From the IMG/VR virus record IMGVR_UViG_3300020183_000016, positions 1 to 64,000 of that record: DNA of 64,000 nt; one strand, given 5' to 3'. Made by a program: the position numbers and the translations under genes. The DNA is from an uncultured virus (IMG/VR IMGVR_UViG_3300020183_000016) (taxonomy: Duplodnaviria > Heunggongvirae > Uroviricota > Caudoviricetes). Positions 18,589 to 27,800 of the stretch are shown here, piece after piece (within the stretch, counting starts at the first letter, position 1; each line of letters opens with the position of its first letter). Under the pieces are notes generated by a model. It searched no databases and was not told where the DNA came from. It saw only the letters and a program-made list of their open reading frames with translations.

Positions 18589-20661
18589 ATGGGAGGAGAT
18601 AAGGGTAAAGATTTACAACAACAATTAGAAAAATTAGTTGATCAATTAAAAGTGTTCGCTAAAGATTCAGATATTTCTTCAGAAGCAGATAGAGAAGAAA
18701 TAAAAAAATACGAAGAAGAAATAAAAAAACTTGAGAAGACAAGAGAACTACTCATTGAAAAAGGAGAAATTATTAAGGAGGAAGAAAAAGTTACTGCTAA
18801 ATTAGTAAAACAATCAAAAGAACTTTTAGGGAATCTTAAAAATATAAATACCGCAACTGGTTATATGTATAACCAAATCGCTGCCGCTGGTAATGATTTT
18901 AGAGAGTTTTTAACCAATTCAAAAAAACAATATGAATATGCCGAAAAAATGGCTGAAGTATACAAAAAAATTGGTGTGGATATAGGTATGACTGGAAAAG
19001 GTGCTAAATTCATGGAAAATAGTTTTAAAGGTGCTATGCCAGCAATTGCAGAAATGGGTATGGAAGCATCTTCATTATCTACAATATTCACAGAAATAAG
19101 TGAAGCCACAGGTAGAATGAGTAATTTAACTAGTGAAGACGCTATTAGAATTGCTTCTTTAACCGAAGCTATGGATATGCAATCTAATGAAGCTGCTCAA
19201 ATGGCGGATAGTTTTTCGTTAATGGGTTTGTCTACTGAACAAATGGAAAAAAATGTTTTAGAAACTTATAAATCTGCACAATCTATGGGTTTAAATGCTA
19301 CTAAAGTAATAAAAGAATTACAAAGTAATATGAAAACAATGTCAACATTTTCTTTTAAAAATGGTGTCAAAGGAATGACTGAAATGGCAAAACAGGCAGT
19401 TAAAATGAGAATGGATATGGCAGGTATGCTACAACTAGCAGATAAATTATATCAACCAGATGCTGCTATAGAGACTGCAGCTCAATTACAACTTTTAGGT
19501 GGTGATATTGCAGAAGCTTTTGGTGATCCGTTTACTTTAATGTATGAGGCTAGAAACAAACCCGAAGAATTGGCAAAAAGAATTTCTAAAATGACTGAAA
19601 ATATGCTTCAATTTAATGAAGAAACTGGTGAATATGAATTACCAGCAGAAGCTAGAATGCAATTTCAGGCATTAGATCAACAATTGAATTTAGGGGTGGA
19701 TAATATGATTGAAATGTCCAGACAAGCAGCTAAGATTGGGGACATAAAAATGAAATTTACATCGGTAGGTGATGATGAAATGAAAGAGAGTTTGGCTTCA
19801 ATAGCTAAATTTAAAGATGGTAAATTTGTTATAGAAACTGAAGAATTTGGTGATTTGGGTTTAGATCAAATTACTGATGATATGGCAGAAACTATTATGA
19901 AAGAACAACAAACATCTGAAGAAAGTCTTAGAGATATTGCAACACATACTAAAAAAATGTCTGATCAAGTTGATAATATGAGAGAGGGTGGGAAGTATAA
20001 AGTCGCTGGTTTAACAAATATATATGAATTAACTGCAGATGAAATTGCACCTGTTTTACAAAACATGAAAGATGGGGTTGGTAAGTTATCAGATACTTTT
20101 ATAGATAATAGTAAATCTTTCATCGATGATATGTTTAAAAATTCTGGAGATGAAAAAAGTGTTATAGATGATGCTATGACTGAAATGGATAATTTAAAAA
20201 ATCAAATTAAAGATAAAGTTATAACAACTTTTGGTGATTTAGTAATTAGTAGTAAGAAACTTGAAGAGACTTTTCATGCAATAGGTGGTGGTTCAGGAAA
20301 AGGAAATACTGGTGGTGCGGATCCATATCATGGGGATTTTATGTTAAGATCTTCAGGAGAAATTACAAGTTTTTCTAACGAAGATGATATTATTGGTGCA
20401 AAAAAAGGTGGACCTTTAGATAAATTAATGGATAAAAGTTTAACAATACCCGAAACCACTTCAATGACTTCAAAAATAGAATTTGGTAAAATAGATATAT
20501 CAGGAAAAATAGAAATAACTTCACCAGATGGGTCTTCTAAAAATATCGATATGGAATCTATAAAACCACAAATAGTAAAAACTATAATTTCACATTTAAA
20601 TGGTACATTTAGGAATGGCGGAGTACCTTCAAGTAAAGAAACAACTGATTATATGGGATAA
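18589..20661 (+). CDS. Tape measure protein
   Basis: Ala/Met/Glu-rich helical composition, coiled-coil N-terminus, AAQLQLLGG, position after chaperone and before hub genes. Confidence 0.8.
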   Translation: MGGDKGKDLQQQLEKLVDQLKVFAKDSDISSEADREEIKKYEEEIKKLEKTRELLIEKGEIIKEEEKVTAKLVKQSKELLGNLKNINTATGYMYNQIAAAGNDFREFLTNSKKQYEYAEKMAEVYKKIGVDIGMTGKGAKFMENSFKGAMPAIAEMGMEASSLSTIFTEISEATGRMSNLTSEDAIRIASLTEAMDMQSNEAAQMADSFSLMGLSTEQMEKNVLETYKSAQSMGLNATKVIKELQSNMKTMSTFSFKNGVKGMTEMAKQAVKMRMDMAGMLQLADKLYQPDAAIETAAQLQLLGGDIAEAFGDPFTLMYEARNKPEELAKRISKMTENMLQFNEETGEYELPAEARMQFQALDQQLNLGVDNMIEMSRQAAKIGDIKMKFTSVGDDEMKESLASIAKFKDGKFVIETEEFGDLGLDQITDDMAETIMKEQQTSEESLRDIATHTKKMSDQVDNMREGGKYKVAGLTNIYELTADEIAPVLQNMKDGVGKLSDTFIDNSKSFIDDMFKNSGDEKSVIDDAMTEMDNLKNQIKDKVITTFGDLVISSKKLEETFHAIGGGSGKGNTGGADPYHGDFMLRSSGEITSFSNEDDIIGAKKGGPLDKLMDKSLTIPETTSMTSKIEFGKIDISGKIEITSPDGSSKNIDMESIKPQIVKTIISHLNGTFRNGGVPSSKETTDYMG

Positions 20662-20696
20662 AATAAAAAATTTTTTATTTTTTTTTTAATTTACTA

Positions 20697-20725
20697 TTGA
20701 CTTTACAAAATAAATTTCCTATTAT
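20697..20725 (+). promoter_or_regulatory. Sigma70-like promoter TTGACT-N17-TATTAT in a ~195-bp AT-rich spacer
   Basis: Exact 17-nt spacing; same -35 hexamer as at 32519. Confidence 0.55.
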
Positions 20726-20856
20726 TACAAGAACCTGCAAATACAAGTAAATAATAATATATATTTTATATTAAAACAAGAACAAATATAAATAATATTA
20801 TTTAATTATCCAGAATTTTATTGATCTAATATTTATATAATAAGAAAATATTATAT

Positions 20857-23800
20857 ATGGCAGGAATATTAGATTACAATAAAGGTATTTTTTCTACACA
20901 AGAATTTAGGAATAGTTTATTAAGTAGAAATTTACCACCACCTGTAAATCAAACTTTAACTCAGGCAGGATTAACTTCATTTTTAAATGATATTGGTAAA
21001 GTTATTAATGTACCTGTAAATGGTACTGCAAATGAGAATATACCAGTTCATTATAATGAAAATGAAAAACTATTTCCTTTAGGTACATTTTATAGAACAA
21101 CACAAAATGTTAATCTAAACAGATTTATTCCACAAGATGAACAATATGAAGTTTATGAATTAACTATTCCACCTAATTTAGGTTATCCACTACCTGAAGG
21201 TTTTGGTGAAAAGGTAAGAGATGATTATCCTTCATCGTATAATCAAGAACAATTTTTTTTAGTAAACAAAGGTGATCAAAAAGGAGTAAAGTTTCCATTT
21301 AATGTTATTGATACATATAAATCTTTGAATTTTCAAAGAGAAAGTTCATTAGGATTGTTAGGTGGTCAACAATTAGAAAAAACTATAATAGATAAAATTG
21401 CACAAGTTTCAGAAGAAACAGGTAATTCTAATAAAAAAACAGGATACATTACAGAACCAGTTGGTAATATAGTAGATAACTATGTTAATAGATTAAGGGG
21501 TAATGATCAATTCTTCAATACATTACCTAATAATGCAATTGGGTGGAATGAATATAATAGTAGTGTTAAATCAGGTGATGAATTATTAAAATCAGATTTA
21601 GATTTAAAAGAAGGTGTTGAACCAACTATGTCTACTGAAATAAGAATGAATACATTATTAAGTAGAACTAGTGTTACACAAGTATCATTCGCATTTAATT
21701 TAATGAATAGAAATGATTATCGACCATTGTATGAAGATAGAAGATTGGATGGTACGTCAGATGCGGGATTAAATGCAAGATATTATATTGGTACAGAAAA
21801 AAATACTAATAGGGGGAAACTAATAACTCAAACTTTCAAAAGTGAAGATTTTAATGGATTAACTGATACATCTGGAAACGCAAAAAGAACTACTATAGAA
21901 GGTATAGGTGAACCATCAGGTGAACCAAATAAATTCTTTTGGGCAACTGGTGGTGAACAAAATTTTAACGAAAAAACACTTTTATATAAAACACAACAAT
22001 TAGTTAATAATAATCAGAACGATGTTTTTATTAATCAAACTAAAAAATATTTTAAAGATAAACAACAAGGTAGAATTATAAGTAGGGGTAACGCAATTAA
22101 AACTATAGATTTAATAGATATAGATGGTAATGGTAATTTTTGTAGAGTTTGGACTGTTAATGATAGATATAGTTATGCAAACGCAATAAGAAATACTGGT
22201 TTATTTAGTTCACCAAGTGTAGATTTACAAGGTTTTTCTGTAAGTAAAGATAGGGCATCTCAAAGCGTTTTAATGGAAAATGGTATTCCCAAGTATCATC
22301 CCACAATATTAGATTCTTCAACAACACGTAAAAAGTTTATGTTATCTATCGAAAATTTAGCTTGGGCAGATAATTTGGCAGATTTACCTTTAAGTGAAAT
22401 TGGTCCTGGAGATATTTTAAGTGGTACAAAAGGTAGAATAATGTGGTTTCCACCATATGAGTTAACTTTTGATGATAGTACTTCTGCAAATTGGACTAAA
22501 AATGAATTTATAGGTAGAAGTGAACCTGTATTTACTTATAATAATTCTAGTAGGTCAGGTTCATTAGGTTTTAAAATAATTGTGGATCATCCTAGAGTTA
22601 TTAATTGTTATAGAGGAAATTCTACAAATCTTACTGAAAGATTTTTTGCTGGGTGTGCCACACCTGAAGAATTTTTAAGGGCGTTAGAATGTGCAGTACC
22701 TCAATCTGATTTAGAAGAAATTAAAAAGAAAATAAAAGAAAAAGAACCTCAAAAAAGAGTAGATGTTGAAAAAGATACTGATAAAGGTGATGTTAAATTA
22801 ATACAGGATGTTGAATGTAATGATGCGACTGAAAATTGTAAAGCTAAACGAACTCCATCTGAACCTGATATAAATACAATAGTAAGTCAGATTAAAACTT
22901 TTTTAGAAAAACAAAGTAATAATACAAACCCAAAAGTAAAAATAACATTGAATGGTTGGGTCGGTAATGGATCAACTGAAAACTTGTTAGGTGAAACAAT
23001 TACAGATGGAAAAGATTTAAGTAAAAGTTTTGCAGATAAAGTCAAATCTGAAATTGAAAGTAAGTTACAATCTTCTGGAATAGATCCAAAATTAATTTTA
23101 AATATTAGTTGGGAAGTAAAAGGAAATATCGCAACATCTAATGACACTGAAAATGATTATAGAGTTGCGGTTGTTATGGAAAATGATACAGAAAACTCTA
23201 AAGATTTGGGGGTTAAGGAAGAAGAGAAAGATGGTGAAAGTTCTTTTAATCCTGAAGATATAAGATTAATCGATAATTTGATTATAGATGAAAATGTATA
23301 TTTTGATTTTATAGATGAAAATTATCCTAATTATTTTAGATATATTTCACAAAAAATAAAATATTTTCATCCAGGATTCCATAGTATTACACCAGAAGGT
23401 TTTAATAGTAGATTAACATTCTTAAATCAATGTATGAGGCAGGGTCCTAGTATATATGACAAAAAAACTTTGAAGGACGGTACAGAAGTTGGGGTTCAAC
23501 CACAAAATCTATCTTTTGGTAGACCACCTATTTGTATATTACGTATAGGAGATTTTTTTCATACAAAAATTGCCATTAATAGTTTATCAATAACTTATGA
23601 CGGGCCTCAATGGGATATTAATCCCGAAGGTATAGGGGTTCAACCAATGATTGCAACAGTATCTTTATCTATCGATTATATTGGTGGTCATTCATTAGTT
23701 GGTCCACTTAATAGGTTACAAAACGCAGTTTCATTTAATTATTATGCAAATACTGAAATGTATGATGTTAGATCAGACAGTATAGACGATTCAACAGGAA

Positions 23801-24465
23801 AAGTTGTAGACGGTATAAAATTAGGTGAATTTAAAAAAAAATTAGTAGGGGAAGAAAATTTAAATAAGTATATAAATAGTTTAAAGAAAGAAGGTATTAT
23901 TGATCAAGAAAAAGAAAACGAAAAAAATGAAAACAGTGAAAAAAATACTGAAAATACTGGAGTTTTAGAAATTTCTAAAAAAGATGGTCAATCTATTATT
24001 GTTAAAACAAAAAATGGTAAACCTGCGGCGGAACAAGAAATAGATGGAAAAACAGAAGAAAATAATAAAATAGTATTAATTGTAGAAGTAGGAAATTCTA
24101 AAGAAGAAATAACTGGAGATAATTCAGAATCTTTTATCGAAACAGATGTTTTTGATGTCGCAATATTCCCTAAATTCGAAGGTAAAATAATGGATTTTAA
24201 AACATTAGAAGACTTAGAAACTGCGGTTACGGACTCTAAGAATTTTTTAGATACTTTAATAGCTGAAAAACAATTATATCCTTCATCGGTATCTAATTCA
24301 GAAATTAGAAAAGCAGAAAATGATTTAAAACAAAAAGAGAAAGATTTAGAAAAATATAAATCAAGTGTTTCGGATAAAGTTACTGTAACTGCTTACTTAT
24401 CTAAAAATAAAAAAACAACAACAACAAATAAATCATTTACTATCACTAAAGATGGGTTAAATTAA
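20857..24465 (+). CDS. Baseplate hub / tail tube initiator-like protein with degenerate OmpA-like insertion
   Basis: WTKNEFIGRSEPVFTYNNSSRSG and PPICILRIGDFFHTKIAINSLSITYD...PMIATVSLSIDYIGG tube-fold motifs; follows tape measure. Confidence 0.7.
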   Translation: MAGILDYNKGIFSTQEFRNSLLSRNLPPPVNQTLTQAGLTSFLNDIGKVINVPVNGTANENIPVHYNENEKLFPLGTFYRTTQNVNLNRFIPQDEQYEVYELTIPPNLGYPLPEGFGEKVRDDYPSSYNQEQFFLVNKGDQKGVKFPFNVIDTYKSLNFQRESSLGLLGGQQLEKTIIDKIAQVSEETGNSNKKTGYITEPVGNIVDNYVNRLRGNDQFFNTLPNNAIGWNEYNSSVKSGDELLKSDLDLKEGVEPTMSTEIRMNTLLSRTSVTQVSFAFNLMNRNDYRPLYEDRRLDGTSDAGLNARYYIGTEKNTNRGKLITQTFKSEDFNGLTDTSGNAKRTTIEGIGEPSGEPNKFFWATGGEQNFNEKTLLYKTQQLVNNNQNDVFINQTKKYFKDKQQGRIISRGNAIKTIDLIDIDGNGNFCRVWTVNDRYSYANAIRNTGLFSSPSVDLQGFSVSKDRASQSVLMENGIPKYHPTILDSSTTRKKFMLSIENLAWADNLADLPLSEIGPGDILSGTKGRIMWFPPYELTFDDSTSANWTKNEFIGRSEPVFTYNNSSRSGSLGFKIIVDHPRVINCYRGNSTNLTERFFAGCATPEEFLRALECAVPQSDLEEIKKKIKEKEPQKRVDVEKDTDKGDVKLIQDVECNDATENCKAKRTPSEPDINTIVSQIKTFLEKQSNNTNPKVKITLNGWVGNGSTENLLGETITDGKDLSKSFADKVKSEIESKLQSSGIDPKLILNISWEVKGNIATSNDTENDYRVAVVMENDTENSKDLGVKEEEKDGESSFNPEDIRLIDNLIIDENVYFDFIDENYPNYFRYISQKIKYFHPGFHSITPEGFNSRLTFLNQCMRQGPSIYDKKTLKDGTEVGVQPQNLSFGRPPICILRIGDFFHTKIAINSLSITYDGPQWDINPEGIGVQPMIATVSLSIDYIGGHSLVGPLNRLQNAVSFNYYANTEMYDVRSDSIDDSTGKVVDGIKLGEFKKKLVGEENLNKYINSLKKEGIIDQEKENEKNENSEKNTENTGVLEISKKDGQSIIVKTKNGKPAAEQEIDGKTEENNKIVLIVEVGNSKEEITGDNSESFIETDVFDVAIFPKFEGKIMDFKTLEDLETAVTDSKNFLDTLIAEKQLYPSSVSNSEIRKAENDLKQKEKDLEKYKSSVSDKVTVTAYLSKNKKTTTTNKSFTITKDGLN

Positions 24466-24470
24466 TAAAA

Positions 24471-24797
24471 ATGGGAAAAGAATATTTTGATAGATATCAG
24501 AGTTTTAAATTTGATGGTAAATATTTACCTTTACCTTATATAGGTATTCCACCTAAAGGATCTGATAAAAGTGTGGTTTATGAATCACAATTTTCTAGAT
24601 TAGATAAATTAAGTCAAAAATATTACAATAATCCTTATCATGGATGGTTAATAATGTTGGCAAATCCACAATACGGTGGTGTGGAAGAAAATATACCTGA
24701 TGGTGAAATTATAAGAATACCTTTTCCATTTAGAGACAGTATACAACAGTATATAGATGAAACTCAAAAATATATTAATTATTATATCAAAAAGTAA
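24471..24797 (+). CDS. LysM-like baseplate protein (T4 gp53 / P2 gpX-like)
   Basis: RLDKLSQKYYNNPYHGWLIMLANP...IPDGEIIRIP. Confidence 0.85.
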   Translation: MGKEYFDRYQSFKFDGKYLPLPYIGIPPKGSDKSVVYESQFSRLDKLSQKYYNNPYHGWLIMLANPQYGGVEENIPDGEIIRIPFPFRDSIQQYIDETQKYINYYIKK

Positions 24798-24803
24798 AAT
24801 TTA

Positions 24804-27800
24804 ATGGCTAAAGTTGAAAAAGTTGGAAAAGCGTTTATTGTAGATCCAAACCCGCCAGGTATGGAGATAGTTCCACCAGAAGATTTATTCATTTATGTTA
24901 AATTTTCTGCCTATCCTAGAAGTAGAGTTACGTATGGTGGACAAACATTGGAAGGTAATGCCATTAATTTTAATAATGGTATTGAGGATGAGGTACACTT
25001 CATCTCAACTAAAATAAAATATGATTATAAAACAGGTAAGCTTGATCCTCCTTTACAAAAAACATATGCAACTACAGATTGGACTAACATAGGTGGTTTT
25101 AATGCTTCAGACACTAAAAGTGCTGGTGTGTTAGAAGGTTTTGGTATAAAATCTATAGATATTAAATACAATTCTAGTTTAGTACCTACTGTGGATATCA
25201 CATTTACAGATGTGAGGGGTGGTGCATTATTTGACGTAATTAAAGATGAAGACAGATTATCACCATATAGTATATTTTTTAAAATGCCTTACCCTGTATT
25301 TAATTTATCGGTAAAAGGTTATTTTGGACAAAAAGTAGATTTTTGTTTACATATGATTAATTGGACATCTAATTTTGATGGGAGTACAGGTAATTTTGAC
25401 ATTACCGCCAACTTCTTAGGTTTTCAGCAGGCTTTTTTAAATGATATGGTTTTAGGGAATATTATAGGTACAATTAATACTACTGAAGGTTATAATAATT
25501 TAAATCGTATATTTGATGAAAGTAAATCTGAAATAGGTAGTTCTGATTTAGGTGGAAAAACTTTAGAAGATTTAAGAAATAGTGGTGAATTAAATATAAG
25601 AAAAATAGATGATTTTTTTACACAAATTAGTAAGTTACAAGTACAATCAGAAATAATTAAAACTGAAATAAACAGTTTTCAATTCCTAAAAGATTTAAAT
25701 GGTAAATTAAGTCTTTTAAAAACACTTAAATCTTTTATAGGTAATGCAATTCAAAAAGAACCTAAAAGTGATTCTAATGGTAGTGATGAAAAAACAGTAC
25801 AATCTAAATCTTATTTAGAATTAGAAAATAGAATTGATATTATTGATACATCACCAATAAAAGACGATGAATTAATAAAAAATAAAAATTATTTATCTAT
25901 AAGGGATTATGTTGTTTTTAATTCTATAAATAGGGCATCTTTTAAATCTTATATTTCTACTTTAAATTCTATTATTTTAAAATATAAAGAATATTTAAAA
26001 TCTGATCAAAGAATAAAATATCAACCTAACAACACCTTAGAAAGTGCAAAATTAAAAGATATTTTAAAAACACAAAAAATCAAAACAAATGAGACAGTTG
26101 AATCTACTAAAGATAGGGATTTAATTGATTCATTTTTTGATATAACTAATGAAGAAAATTGGGAGAACTATATAGTATCACCAACTAAAGGAGTTAATTT
26201 AAAACCAGATCCAAAAAGATTAGATTTTATTTTAGAAAGTTTTTATACAACTGGTTCAGAAATTAATTTACTTAAAAATTATGATAAAGGCCCTGACATA
26301 AATAATAATTTAAATACAGATAGATTAAAAAAAAATATTTCAGATAAAATTTATTATTCACCAAAAACTAATTTGTTACCTACATCAAATGTTTTAGTTG
26401 CAGATTTTAGGAAACAAAGAGCGTTATTAGAAGATAGTATAATTGATTTGGAAGAAATAGTGAAAATACAAAAAGAAATTGTACAGGAAGAAATTAACGA
26501 AAAATTATTAGAAAATTTTAGAAAAGAATTTAATTTTAATCCTACCATTGGTAAATGTTTTGAGATTATTGCGAATAATACTCAGGCAATGGTAGAAACA
26601 ATATATGATATAAGTGTTGCGGCAGAAGATAAAACTAAAGCCGAAAATAGAAAGTCCATTTTAAAAACATATGAAACAGATGTCCCAACAGGTATAGACG
26701 GTGTTGCTTGGCCTTCAATATATCAAAAAGGAGATAAAGGTGATTTAGAAGAAATTTATATGGGAGATGTTTTGGGTATTAATACTTCAGATTTTCCTGA
26801 ATTGGATTTTGTTGAGAGAGTTTTTGAAAATATTGTTGGTAAAACAAAAACTTTAGAAGATGTCACAAAAGCTAGTGTTTTAAAAAATGGTTTAGATACA
26901 GATAATTGGTTTCCTATTAATCCAATAGATTATAAAGTAAATCCTTGGATAAAATTAAATTCACTGAATGATGTACAAAGTATAGGTAATGAATTATTAG
27001 AAAAGTTTTTTACTAGAGTATCATTATTAAATAATTACACAAAGTTCTCTCCATCGACAGGATTAAGAAATATAGATGAATACGCTAGGTTAGAATCCAT
27101 TTCTGCAAATAAAACAATATTTTCAGAAAAAGCTAGAAAAATAATTTCTAATTTATTAATAGAAATTGAAAATCAATTAAATAATCCTAATACACCTGTT
27201 GTTGCAGCAGAATCTTTTAATATAAAAAAATGTAAATTTTATAATGATTTTATTATTGAAAATAATATAGGGTATGAAATAAGTGAGGTAAATGGGTATC
27301 AAAAGATAGGGGATTTTAAAATTAGTGGAATTTTTTCTGATGATATAGAATATATTTTATTTGATGAAAAAGGTATTGTTAATAATAATAAAAAATTATT
27401 TCAAGAAATTAAAGATGATGAAATTTATAGAAAATTAACCGATCCTAATGCTGGTAACATTATTAATAAAGAAGTAAAAGGTCCAGAGTTATTCTATAAA
27501 AACTTCTACTCAGGTGCAAATAATTTAACCACGTATAATTCATATAATATTTGGTATAAAGAAGTAGGGAATAGAATTTTAAAAAATAGTAATAATTTAA
27601 TTTTAGGTGATTTATCTAAATGTAGGTTAGAGGATGTAAATCCTACTGGTTCAACTAATGATAGTCTTTATATAAACTCAACTTATTTTAATAAAACATA
27701 TACAGGAAAAACAGATTATGGTGATATAATGACTGATAATGATTTATATGAAGGACAAACTTCTAATTATTCTAGGGCACTATTATTATTATCAACATTT

